Shown piece after piece: positions 12,590 through 25,150 of a stretch of 64,000 nucleotides of DNA. Location of the stretch: positions 440,524 through 504,523 of the forward strand of contig MNCI01000001.1 in NCBI GenBank assembly GCA_015680685.1, written 5' to 3'. Each line of letters opens with the position of its first letter. Positions within the stretch are counted from its first letter, which is position 1. Under the pieces are notes generated by a model that searched no databases, was not told the DNA's origin, and was given only the letters and a program-made list of their open reading frames with translations. The position numbers and the translations under genes are program-made. This stretch comes from Gnetum montanum. Its lineage: Eukaryota; Plantae; Gnetophyta.

Positions 12590-15500
12590 AAGTGAAAGGC
12601 CAATCAAGTATTGTATGCAATGCAACCCTCATTGTCATTGGGAGATAAGGGTTGTCTCACTCACATATGATGCCAAGTCACTTAGGATTCATAGGTGGGT
12701 CCTTCCTAGAGTATGCACTTGTCTTCATTACCCTTGTGAATCCCATTAATAAAACACTTGTAGACTTTTAACAACTAGTATGAAATTAGTATCAAATGTT
12801 AGTTTGTCTCCTTGGATGACTAGGTCTCATTCTATGCTTTTCTCAATTAGCCTTATGCCAAATACAACCATGGATAATAATGAAATATGAAGGATGATGA
12901 AGGAATAATGGATGAGAGAGCGAAAGGAAAAGAGTGCAACATCACTAGATTCCTAGCCAATTATTCAATTAGTTCATGCAACATGTGAGCAAGTTCTATA
13001 TCCCATGAGAGATTTTCTCTCACATAATTTTACTATTACTTGTCCATACAATAGGGATTGGCCTCCAAGTCTCTATTCTAAGTGCAAGATCATACTAATC
13101 ACATCCAATGTAATCTAGCCTTGATTATTCTATGATCTAACCATTGATGTAGACCAAACCAAGGCAACATATAACCAAACATCTAGAAATTAAGATTCCA
13201 TTTTGGTTTTCCTTCATCCATGCACATAAGCATAGTAGGCTCCCCAAATTTTACTGTATTGGAAACCTCTCATCAATTTCCTTGGTTGCACTAATTGATC
13301 CCATACCCAAAAAAGAGCATAATACCATGAAAATCAAGAAAATATATTTTGGATTTAAATATAGTTTAGGATTAGGTCAAAGATGAGGATTTTAGACCCT
13401 TAGAAAAAATGATTAGGGGCTTTGGTAAAAGTAGCAATTGACATTACCAAGGTTTACAAACAAAGAGACTTCTAGGCCTTCATGGCCATGGTTTGGTATG
13501 AAATAACATTATGAGAAGATCACTTATTTTTGATTATTTCATAGGAAGAGGGCTTTTAATGTAGCATGGGAATCATTGAAATGATTGAAGTACTAGATTA
13601 CCACTTGGAGTCTTCAACTTGCATGAACATGAGAATTCATCCCCCACCACATTACTCGTATAGGTTCATGAAATCACAAATCTCTTCTAACCAAGATGGC
13701 TAGGTAAGGTACCATGTATACCTTGGTTCAATCACATTGATTAGACCCATCCACTAGTTATAAGAACCCTTAATGACATAAATATCTAGGATTTTTGAGC
13801 TCACACACTAAGATGTGGATCCATCACCTATCTACAATTCTAGTAGCCCTAGCATCAACAACTTGTAAGTTGAATTCTTGCTCTATACTAAATCTGGGCC
13901 TAGTTTAGTAGGGATGGATAGAATAAAAGTGTGTAGATGAATATTTTTACATGAGCATTCCATTGATCAAACCTTTACATTAGACCTATTTGGCACTTTT
14001 GTATCATCATTGCATCTGTAGCTCACCTATCCAACATTGGCTTACTGGATGAGCATTTGTAAAGCACTTTAGTTCGTTTTTCTCCACACACAAATAAAAG
14101 CACTCCAAAAGAAAATAAAATCTTATGAATGATTATTTTTTAAGCTCAATAAGTGAAAAATTTTAATTAAACATAATAATCTTTATTTATTGTAAAAAAT
14201 GAAATAGTAAAAAATAAAGTTTTAACATTGGGCAAAGGATCTCTCCCCCATGAATAATCCATGTCTATCACCCTCAAATCCTTTGAGTAGTAAATTGTTC
14301 ATTAAGCATGCTCAAAGGTGAAAGATGTTCATTATGGTACATCATGTATCACCCCACAAGTGTTCCATTTGGCTTGTTTGAATGGCTTATGGTCACGATG
14401 TAGTAGAATTGGAAAGGATCACAGGGTATTCTCTTGTAGTTCATCCTTATAGTCTCATTCCTTATACCAATCTCAAGGTTTAGATCTTAGAGAACCAACC
14501 TAGCATTTGTAATGCTCAACCAAGCTCTTTCCATTATAGCAAGAAGATCCTCTTCCACCTTATCTTTTGATTTGAGCACCAAGAAATTAGCAGCATATTA
14601 ACAACATATAACAAAATTTATTACATTACATACCTATCCCATGAGGTCTGTGTATAATTGGTCTACTACCTCTAACTAAATGTTGGTATGCTTGAGAGGA
14701 GGAAGCCTCCAACCAAGTTATTACTACAATGAGATGAGATTGACTTCTCTCGAGTCATAGAGAGCTAGATAATGATCCCTTTTACCAATTTAGATATCCA
14801 CCATGGGACTACTAGGATTTGGTTACTTTTCAACTAAACATCATTATTTAACTACATGTGTTGCCACCACTGATATAGAGATGGTGACAACATCACCATC
14901 TGGTACCATCATGCTATCTTCACTAGACATAGCAATGGAACTCATCTTGAAGTAGATATTATATTTGAATTATGATAAAGGATGTTCATTACCTCATGAG
15001 TATAAACTTGTATTTGAATTGAATGGTTTTTCTCTTTGTAATGTGAAGAGAAGGATACAAACCCAGTCTTATGATTCTCACATTTGCACTTATGATAAAA
15101 TTCCTATTGTGGGACCTCAAATGTTTTACTGTAACCAAATCAATAGATGACTGGTAATATTTTCTAAATGCATGGATAAATGAAGGATAATTATCATAGA
15201 GTATTTGTAGAGATTCTCACCATAAAAATAGAATGAGGAAGCCTCATTTGGATCTTCTTTAGTACATTTAGAGTAAGAGAGCTTCCCTTTACTCTTACCA
15301 TCATACCTCTTTTTGTGTTCTTCTGGTGTGATTGCTTTGATTATAGCTTCAACCACCTTCCTTGAGATTAGTGATCATCTTTTTATACATCACATCCTTG
15401 ACTTGATCCATGTGATGGGCCAAGTTTGTCAATGCTTTCCTCATTCTAATTTGATCTGATGCTAGAGTCTCAACTATAGTGATAGATTTAGTGGTACCTT

Positions 15501-16869
15501 CAACATTATTAGCCCTCTGTCTATATGATGGATCCTAATTGTACTCCTTGACTAATAGTAACTCTATTTCACAACTTGGTTAATCCTACTAGGCCTATAT
15601 TGGATGGTGAAATTAAAATCCTATAAAAGCCCTTCTTAATTTCTATGATTGTTTTAAATAATTACCTTCCATGATAGCAATGGTATTTAAGAGTGCTTTG
15701 ATTGGAACCATGGACTTCTTGTGCATCTAGCCCATGACGTACATGCCCATGCACTCTCTTGTTTTCAACTTTAGCCCTTCTACAATGTGCATCAATTGAT
15801 CTCTTTGGCTAAAATCATGGTTTAGACAATAGTGAGAAACTTTTAGGTACCTTTCCATGGTAATGTTCAGAGGCTCACAAGCTCCTTGCCTCCATCCAAT
15901 CATCTCCTTCCATATGTTTGAAATTTAGGCATACATATAAAATTTTTGGTAGAAAATTTTAATCATGTCAACCCATCTTTGAATCAATTGAGGAGGCAAG
16001 GATTTGTACCAAGTTTTTACATGTTTGACAAAGATGTGGGAAACAACCACAACTTTTACCAATCACTCATGATCCCTTGGAGATAATAAGAATTATTAAA
16101 TACTTGCACATAGAATTTGGAATCACTAGTATACCCTTTGTATGTTGGTTCATTTGATTTTATTGTCATGAAGATGCTTCCTCATAATATGTACAACTAT
16201 TAACTCATGGTAATCATCCCAGTATAACAAAGGAGAATCATCATTATCACTAGTAGGTCTAGACAAATGCAATGTTGAAACTTGAAAAGGAGATCATCAA
16301 AATGGAGTAAAGATACTTGACTAGGAGCCTTGATGGTAGGCTAGTCCTTTGCCTTTTTTATTTACTTTAACTTCTTACTACTCATAAAAATAATTAGATG
16401 AAATGTTGTGGCCACCTTCTTTTTCTACCATTTGATCTTAAGGATCTTGCATGTACAAAGGCTCATAATCATGGATCATGGGATCATGAACCTTGTATGC
16501 TATACGTTCATCCTCTAGCCTCATATTAATTAAGGCATTAATGGGATCAATTGGTGTAGCCACAATTATGCCTCTTGAAAATCAACCATGAGCATCTCTC
16601 TAGCTTCCTTACTTATTTAAATGATAAGCTAGCATAACTGGTGGAAGGGTCTTATCCTTTTAATGCTTGAAAGTAATGAAAGGCCTTTTTCTTTTTGGTG
16701 CATTACTAAAAATCTTCTATAGGCTTTTAGCACTATCTACCTTTTTGTTTGCATTCACAACCTACGCAACAACATTAAAACACACACTTAATTTGAATAA
16801 AATTTAAAATCAATAATGTACAAGTATTTTCAAATAATTCACCAATGCTCTTCCCAACAATGGTGCAAA

Positions 16870-18112
16870 TGATAGGGATCCCACTAGCTTTGGACTAATG
16901 GAATTTATCATACAAATCATAGTGTGATCTAGTCGTAAGCTTTGAGGATGATGTTGAGTGGATTACCAAGAACACTCACATATATCATTGCATTCAAGAA
17001 ATATAAAAAATATTATAATGTATATAATACAGTTATTACCCATGTTTCCATAGTAAGAGGTAGAGAAAATATTTATGATTTTATGTTTTATAATTTTTAT
17101 AGGTTTTATAATTATAAGAAACAAACAAATAATAATAAACACACACACACTACAATCCCACCTAGGGATAGGGGCAATTCTTGTATTGCAATCCCTCAAG
17201 GAATAGGTGCAACATGACACACACAAGTATAAATAAAATGGCTCTTAGTTATAACCTTGATGGCGCAAAACTATGTCATATGGTTGTGACCTCCTTGAAT
17301 AAGGTTTCATTGTTGTAGCTTATAAAAATTAGAAATGAATAAATATTTTTATGGTTTCAATGTTTTATAATTTTTTTGGTATTTTAATGTTTAAGACATC
17401 AACAATGCAAAAATGAGGAAAAACCATAAGCTTTATTCACTATGCAAATACTGGACTTTGCATCAACCAAGTGAATATTGGCTACATAGGCAAGAGAGCA
17501 CTCTGACAAAGCCTAGCCAGACATCTAAAAGAGGTGACTCAAAATACACACAAAATAGAGAAGGAATCACTTTCCCAATGGAGGAAGAACACTTCACATA
17601 AAACCAGATGCCAAAAAATAAAGGAAAATGCTTGAAATTAAGTTTTTTTTGTGTGAAGCTCATCTTGGGTATTTATAGTTTTCACAACACAATGGCAAGG
17701 GTTCACTAATGCCCAGGCATTAACAAAGTTCTATTAGTGCAACTAAGACTTTCCAAGACACATTAAAAGAGGCCAAGAGATAAATGTGGTCAAACCAAGG
17801 CACCAAGAGGAATGTGTTAATGCCCCTAAGCTAATGTAGGGGGTGCACATGCATAGGGAAGTTAGCACATCCATGCCTCCAACCCTTTATCTTCATTTTC
17901 CTAGATGAAAGCTAAGATGCCAAGGAACATGTCGAAACCTTCCAAGGATCTCCAGAAAAAGCCAAAAACTTCCTGAGAAGCTTGAAACATGCACCAAACT
18001 TACAAGTGTGAACTGAAAGCCTAGGATGCAAACCTAGGAGATAGAAACCTCAACCATACACTAAACCATAAACAGAGGTTACATGACATACATCCTAAAT
18101 CCAAGGCTTATA
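16870..18112 (-). repeat. 5' LTR of element B
   Basis: TGATAGGGATCC...GGCTTATA (terminal CA changed to TA), adjacent to the PBS. Roughly 80% identical to 7640-8882 by eye, mostly transitions. Confidence 0.88.
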
Positions 18113-18654
18113 ATTGAATTTTAAAATGCTACTAGATGACTCATCACTATTATTGTCAAAAATATTTTAGTTAAAAAAATTAAGAGCTTTAAAGTATGTT
18201 TTGATGGCTTCTTCATCTACACCATAATTTTAAAAAATGGGCTAGATGATTAGTATGAAAAACATTAAGAATATTCATATGTAAAGTGCAAGTATTTTCT
18301 TTAATAGAAGTGGCCTTAATTTGATGAGAAGAAGACTTACCTTTCAAGGAGTGGGAAAATTCTAGAGAAGTTTAATCTCCTATTCAAAGTTAAGACAAAG
18401 GGGCTTGGAGATGTGCACCTCTAATGTGATAATCCTATTTGTCTAAGTTTGTTGTTTGAAATTTCAAGGAGATCATAATTATTTTAAAAGCCAAGACCTT
18501 CATGAATCCATTTTTGGGTAAAAAAAATAACATCTAAGATTAAGTTTTTTTAATCTTTGAAAGTAAGTTTATGTTAGAGAGAACTCTATTTCCATAATGC
18601 TTTGAGAAATACTAAACATGATGAAAATTGTCATTGTACTAATTAATCTAACCA

Positions 18655-19005
18655 AAATTCTAGTAAGATTAAGAAAATAGAATTTCAAATTGGATCAGAA
18701 GATCATAGGAAGTTGTTGCTTAAGAAAGGCTATATTAAAGACAAATATTTGGAATGATAGACAAAAATATCTGGAATGATATGATTAATTGTAGTAAATT
18801 AAATTGAATCCACCAAGAAATACGAACTACCATAAAAAAAAATTCTAGTAAGGTTAAGAAATAAAATTTCAAATGGTGTAAAAAGATCGTATAGGAAGGA
18901 ATTGCGTAAGAAAGGCTATATTAAAGACAAAAATACCTGGAATGATATGATTAGTTTTAGTAAATTGAATGGAATCCACCAAGAAATACGACTACGATAG
19001 AAAAA
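18655..19005. repeat. Diverged tandem duplication (~185 bp period)
   Basis: aattctagtaag..taagaaaggctatattaaagacaaa..gaatccaccaagaaatacga occurs twice. Confidence 0.8.
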
Positions 19006-19109
19006 CGCTTATGAATAATCTAGTGCAACTATTCTGAATAATTTAGCTAATCTGCAACTGGAAAATTTTTACAATCTGAAACTCAACATTTATAGTATAT
19101 AAGTTCACA

Positions 19110-19390
19110 AATAGATGCTTCTTTATTATAAACCCTAGAGGTGGTGTTCATATTGACCCACCGTTCAATTGCCGTACATGTTGATCAAAGTATATTTCAT
19201 TAATAAAATATCATTTTGTGTTTTCCTTTTGCTTTTTCCAGAATCTTTCATTATAAACTCATCATTCATTCTATCTTTGTTTCTTAAAATTTTGTTGAGT
19301 AACAGGAATAGATGTTCTTTAATTATAAACCGTAGACGTGGATGTCCATCCTAACCAACCATTCAGTGCCTGTACATGTCAATCAAAATT
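19110..19390. repeat. Diverged ~80 bp direct repeat, ~198 bp apart
   Basis: atagatg.ttcttta.ttataaacc.taga.gtgg..gtacatgt..atcaaa at ~19110 and ~19308. Confidence 0.65.
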
Positions 19391-19459
19391 ATCTTGATGT
19401 TTTTTCTTTAAACCTTAACTTTACGTAAGTTTTAAAGGCCACAGGATTTATATCAATCC

Positions 19460-19597
19460 TGAACGGTATCAACGTGCAAAAATATCTATTTTATTTGAGA
19501 TTACTTGAACGGTATCAACATGCAAAAATATCAATTTTATTTGAGATTACCCGAGCGGTATCAACATGCAAAAATATCAATGTTATTTGAGAATACT
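19460..19597. repeat. 46-bp minisatellite, 3 copies, just upstream of the I-domain exon
   Basis: Unit TGAACGGTATCAACRTGCAAAAATATCWATTTTATTTGAGATTACY repeated three times. Confidence 0.9.
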
Positions 19598-19674
19598 TGA
19601 AGATAACATTTTGTTAAAAATTAGCCAGACTTTTAAGTATATTCATTTTAACTTATTTTCATGCTATACTGCAG

Positions 19675-19738
19675 GATAAACAGCATTCTGGAAAGATACA
19701 AAAGATGTTCTGTTCCTTATCTTGTAAATGATGCCCAG
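19675..19738 (+). CDS. MIKC-type MADS-box gene, I-domain exon (exon 2)
   Basis: Acceptor ctgcag| and donor CAG|gtaagt. 64 nt, phase 2 to 0, encoding (x)INSILERYKRCSVPYLVNDAQ. ILERY in this phase is the hallmark of the exon following the MADS box. Confidence 0.8.
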
Positions 19739-20085
19739 GTAAGTAATAAATTTCAATAAGCTCCAATGGGTAATAATATTTAAATTTTTGCATTGCTTCC
19801 ATTTTTATTATTTTGAAACTGATTCTTTCCCAGAGATCTTTACGATTCCATGGTGTTTGCAGGTTCGTTTTCATTCATTCTGATTTCCAAATAAGTAAAG
19901 ACAATTCATAATAATTAAATTTTTTATACAACCAAACCTAACTGCGAAACTCCGTAAAGCTCACGTAAATTATCGGAAACACAAAGCGTAGCCGTAAAAT
20001 ACATGTTGCCTAAGCTATAAAAATCCGTCGAATATTTTATCCAAGTTAGACACTCGTAGAATGGCAGGGAATTGGACTAGATTAT

Positions 20086-20203
20086 CCCTCGCCCATTTAT
20101 GGGCCTAACCCATAACCATTACAAACCATTACTGCTTTAGAAGGCCCTCGCCCATTTATGGGCTAACCCATAACCATTACAAACCATTACTGCTTTAGAA
20201 GGC
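20086..20203. promoter_or_regulatory. 59-bp tandem duplication with two perfect CArG boxes (20093-20102, 20152-20161)
   Basis: CCATTTATGG matches CC(A/T)6GG in each unit. It sits in the near-palindrome GCCCATTTATGGGC, which also contains TGGGCY site-II motifs. The repeat is directly visible; function is inferred. Confidence 0.6.
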
Positions 20204-21254
20204 TAAAGATAGCCTTAGAGCATCCAATTTCCGACTTTGTGGACATTGTTGTTTACCATTTTCCGCTAGAGATGATATTAATAAAATAAGATCTAAAGGG
20301 AATAAAATTAGTTTAGGATAACTTGGTGGGAAATAAAGCAATAACAGATAATTTTAGAAGTAAAATGACAAAATCCGCTCATTAAGCGTTGACATGTTTA
20401 AATAAAGTAATGTAATACCGAAAATATTTAATAATTAAATAAATTTATTTATGTCTAGCTATACTACTATTACTGTGTTACAAATACACAGAAAAAATTA
20501 AAGTATTTAATTTTATTTATGCTAAAACATTGAGATCCTGGGATCGGTAGGCCAGGATATCATAAATTTTTTAGATATGTTAATTTTTAAAGAAGATATT
20601 TAAGAAAAAGTTTGGGAGTTAAAACATAGATTTAATTTAATATTTAATTTTTATAAGCTTAGAAATATTCTTTAGTACTAGTTAGTCCTTCCATGCCTAG
20701 ACTATTAACATTAAGCTAACACCTTATTAATAATATTATTTAAGATACAATAATAAATTACTTTAAATTTATATTTACTTTGATTTAATGATTGATTTGG
20801 CTGGTTAGACAATAAAAGTGGAATTTGGTATAGAGATAAGGTTATATAAGCCTACGCTTAGATGTTATTTTATAACAAGAAATGATAACCTCTCTACAAA
20901 CAATTTGGCTACTTAGTTTTAATGCTTCAATCATATGATAAAATTGATAAAGATATAAAAAATAGAATTAAAGTAGAATGATCAAATGAAGATAGACTTA
21001 GTGACATCTAATGCAATAACTCAATTCTAATAAAACTGAAGGGAAAATCTTTCAAGAGAGTAATCAAGCCTACTATATAAAAGAGGCATGAACATTAAAT
21101 TATGAAAGCAGAAATGTGAATACTTAATTAAATAGCTATTTAATATTAGAAGAAGAAATAAATTGCAAAATGCATATATTAGGGAAAGTCTTAGTGTAGT
21201 TTCTATTTGAGATAAGCTACAAGAATGATATCTTAGATGATGTAGTTGTGTACA

Positions 21255-21475
21255 AAAAAGATAGATAATGAACCTATCAAAAAAAGGTTGTATTAGTATT
21301 CCAAGAAAGCCACCAAAAGAAAATAAAAATAAAATGGAAAAATTAATTGAAGATAATATGAAGAAATTGCAAGAAAATAAGGATCTACTTCTTCATAGAG
21401 ATAAGGCTAGGATGACGATGATGATGGTGATGAAAAATAAAAAATGATAACATCAATCAAACTTTACAATTTTAA
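21255..21475. repeat. Dispersed repeat remnant, homologous to 6575-6860
   Basis: See 6575-6860. Confidence 0.5.
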
Positions 21476-21759
21476 GTATTGATATTATATAATAAATTAT
21501 CCTTTGCCTCCTAGTCAAATAAATCTTCTTAACCTCATTTAACATCATTATATATGATAGGAATAAATGATAATTACATTCAATATTATAAAATTATAAT
21601 TTTATTTGAACGTTAACTCAGTTACATTATTATTTTTCCACTAAACATTAATTTCATAATCATTAATAATACATGTAATGACTCTATCCTTATTTTGATA
21701 TCATAATATGAGTGCACAAATACAAAAATGTCATTTTCTTAGTTATGAGAAAAAGCTAG

Positions 21760-23460
21760 TTTTAAAGTGGCCGCGGAACTTCAAGATACTAATCAATAGA
21801 AAGAAAAATTTCAAAAAATTTTGCACCAAACAAGGAATCTTTCATCAAACCACTTGTGCTTACAATTCACAAACTAAAGGAATAGACAAAAGGAAAAAAT
21901 AGAAGTCTTCAAGACATGATGAGATGTCTTGTTAACAATGCATACCTCTCAAATGGATAATGGAGTATGGCCATAACCATGGCTACATACATTACAAAAG
22001 AGTCATCAGTAGCAAAAATAAGAATAGATCCCCATATGAATTACTATACAACAAAGTTTCTAACCTTGTTGACATGAAGAGATTTGTTTATTATTATTAT
22101 GTCAAGACTCCAAAGCAACTTCTAGAAAAATTAGATTATAAAGGAAGAAAATGCATATTCATTAGCTATTACTCAAAGACCTCAACATACAGATGTTATG
22201 ACCCAAAAGAACATAAGTAATACTCAAGTGATGCTATTTTCCTTGCAAAAAATTTTGAAAAAATTTATTTTCAATAAGAAAATAAAAAATAGACAATCAA
22301 CTTTTCCCAAAATCATGGATTCAAAGGGACCATTCTTCAACACAAATGTTAGATACAAATTTTGAAAGGAAGAAAATAAGATCCAATATCATTACTAACA
22401 TGGCATATTTAGTTCCCACTCAAGAACTAAAGCATATTCGAGAAGCCTTAAAAATTAAAGCATGAAAAGAAGTCATGTATAGTGAATACAAAGATATCAT
22501 GCAAAAATAAGATATTGAAATTAGTTAATAAACCAAAAGATAAAGAAAGCAATAGATTATAAATGACTGTATAAAATCAAATTCAATTGAAATTGATAAA
22601 TAATCAACCACTAGGTAAAGCTTATGGCAAGAGGCTTCAAATAAAAGGAACATATTAACTATGAGGAGATAGTTTCTCTAGTGGCAAGATTTATAACAAT
22701 TAAACTGATTCTTTCCATTTCTGTCCATCATGTTCTCAAACTCTATCAAATGAACATAAACTCAACTTTTCTTAATGGCATCATTAATGAAGAGGTCTGT
22801 TTCTACCAAATAGAAGGATATATCATCAAACCAAACGAAGAAAGATTTTTCAAAATAAACAAAGCCATGAATGGACTAAAGCAAGTTTTTATAGAATGGT
22901 TTTAGAGAATCAATAACTACTTGCTAATAAAAAGATATTCATCTTGCATGTTTAAACTCACATTGCACTATAAGCATAGTAATAAGAAATTCATCATAAT
23001 CTTACTATGTGAATAATCTTATAGTTACAACAACAAATAATAATTTAATAGAAGAATTCAAACTAGACATGAAGAGTAAATTTGAAATGAAAGATTTAAA
23101 AGAATTGAAGTTTTTCTTAAAATGCAAGTTAATCATAAAAAGGAGGAAATTAAAGTTCATCAAACCAAATATGCTTTCGCCATTCTAGAAAAATATAAAA
23201 TTATCAAAGATAAAGCTATCCTAAAACTAGAACATAAGGACAACACCATTCTTGTAAATGAAACTCTATATAAAAGCATGATTAAAGCTTTCATATTTCT
23301 TTATTACATAAGACCAAATCTTGAATTTGCTATGTCTTACTTATTATAATATATGCAAGAACCAAGACAGTCCCACCTTAATGCTCTCAGTATATTTTAA
23401 GATATGTAAAATGCCTACCACACTTGTGAATTAAGTAAAGTCAAATTAATGCCTACCAAC
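21760..23460 (+). mobile_element. Ty1/copia internal fragment (integrase then RT)
   Basis: FKKFCTKQGIFHQTTCAYNSQTKG; SPYELLY..KLDYKGRKCIFISY..YRCYDP; LYQMNINSTFLNGIINEEV; RPNLEFAMSYL. IN-before-RT order. Confidence 0.9.
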
Positions 23461-24099
23461 TTGTGAATACCCAACCTTCATTTCTCCAATCTCTATAAAT
23501 ATTCTACTAATTTAACATATGTAGACTTCTTTCTCCTTTCAATGACAACAAAAATCCCTCTCTAATCTTTCTAATAGCTTTTGGTGCTTTATAATAGGAG
23601 AAAATAAGTAGAAAAAGAGTAACTAATCTTTCTTTCTTAAAACTAATAGTTACTATCTACATCCTAACTTTAACTGAAAGGTTATTAATTTTTTTCTATT
23701 CTGGAAAAATAAATTGTAACTAATGATGAATCTAGTATGATTGAAAACATCTTGCAGAGAAAACAAATGCAAACTATGGATGATATAGAGTAAAGATTTG
23801 ATTTAATAAGCTAAATATTTGACACATTTTCTTTGCTACATTTTTTAAAAAGAAAAGTTTAATCTATAAAATGAGCATGAATAAAATTTATTAATTCTAA
23901 AAACTAGAAAATGGAAATTTTTATTACATCTAGAAAATCATAAAGGATTTATTAGATAGCTACAAAGCTTGAACACATTTTTAAAAGAAAATTGAAAACA
24001 TCATTAATTTAATACCCTAATGAAATAATGTTAATTTTGAAGAAAACAATCAACACATTTTAGTTTATATTATAATTCATTTGAATATAAGCTAAAGAT

Positions 24100-24960
24100 A
24101 AGAAAAATAACAAGGCATGTTCTTCATCCTCAATGCCTTATTTGCATAGTCTACAATATGCTTTTCTCGTAGTACATTGACCTAAAAACCTTTCTTAATA
24201 AGGAGATAATGAGAGCTCATTCTTTCTCTAGCAACTTGATTCCTAGAATACATATTTTCTGGTGATTCAAATATTGGCTTGATTCCTAGAATATGAACCA
24301 TTTCATTTTACCATATAAATAAGTACCTAAACCTTCCATAGTCATAACATAAAAGAAGTCATAACATAAAAGAAGAGGAAATATAGCATCGCCTCGCCTT
24401 ACACTATGAGCTATGTGAAAGTTACTTTTATAAGCACCATTGATAGGGATGGAGAATTTTGTTCCTTTATAGCATTGACTAATCTTAGGTCTCTCGTAGA
24501 AAGGGAATTTAAACTTTTCCAAAATAGTATCCATGTACTTTCAATTTATACAATCATAAACCTTACTATTATTTAACTTAAGGGCAATTGGTTCTTTCTG
24601 AAGGGATGTTGACTGAAAAATTTCCTGGATAAAAAAACCCGATTAAGAATGAATCTTCCTTTTACAAAACCAACTTGATTTTCTTTGACCAGAGTTGTTA
24701 TGATCGGCTGCGATCTTAACATAATGAATCTTGCAATGATTTTATTCAGTGGAGTAAACATTGACGGGTGAAAAATCTGTAACGTTTAAAGTTGTCTCTC
24801 TTTGAAAGGGATTAGAAAGGACAATCCCAGTAACATTATATTCACCCAAGGTGTTATTCACCCAAGGTGTTATCCTTACTGCTAGATTTTATAAATCATG
24901 TCGAATACATCTTTGCCAAGTATACTCCAATACTTTTCAAAAGTCATCTATTTCGCCTTT
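24100..24960 (-). mobile_element. L1-type LINE reverse-transcriptase fragment
   Basis: KIIARFIMLRSQPIITTLVKENQVGFVKGRFI and FSIPING..SVRRGDAIFPLL (ORFs 24573-24761, 24286-24534). Confidence 0.85.
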
Positions 24961-25015
24961 AGATCTTGTTAAATGGCACGCTGAAAACTACCTATTTAAT
25001 CTGTTATGCCTGTCA

Positions 25016-25150
25016 TTAAGATGGTTTAATGTAATCCATTGTTAAATGCTTTGATATATCTAGTTCGGCTTTATATCTGGTTAAATTGCCCTCATGGGTT
25101 AATGGATTAAGATGGGTTAATGTAATCCATTGTTAAATGATTTGATATAC
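25016..25150. repeat. ~45-bp direct repeat, 2 copies
   Basis: ttaagatgg.ttaatgtaatccattgttaaatg.tttgatata at ~25016 and ~25107. Confidence 0.8.

Larger units (their letters stand above)
7640..18112 (-). mobile_element. Old, near full-length Ty3/gypsy (non-chromovirus Athila/Tat group, element B)
   Basis: Two homologous ~1.24 kb LTRs. Asp-type PBS TTGCACCATTGTTGGGAA at ~16851-16868 (minus). Decayed gag (PTYKGYTSD, ~16125-16150), RT (IMFG, ~10545) and integrase (PLSDGQVKR, ~9316-9342). No convincing TSD. Confidence 0.85.

Noticed and set aside
16942-17663. Short hydrophobic ORFs here and at 7733-7918
   Set aside because: They fall within the LTRs of element B and reflect base composition.
18508-18517. 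Isolated CArG match CCATTTTTGG
   Set aside because: Single matches are expected by chance in AT-rich DNA; no supporting context.
19460-19597. CRISPR-like appearance of the 46-bp and 34-bp arrays
   Set aside because: Head-to-tail repeats without unique spacers, in eukaryotic DNA with no cas genes.
19659-19874. 71-aa minus-strand ORF
   Set aside because: Antisense shadow of the MADS exon with no recognisable motif.
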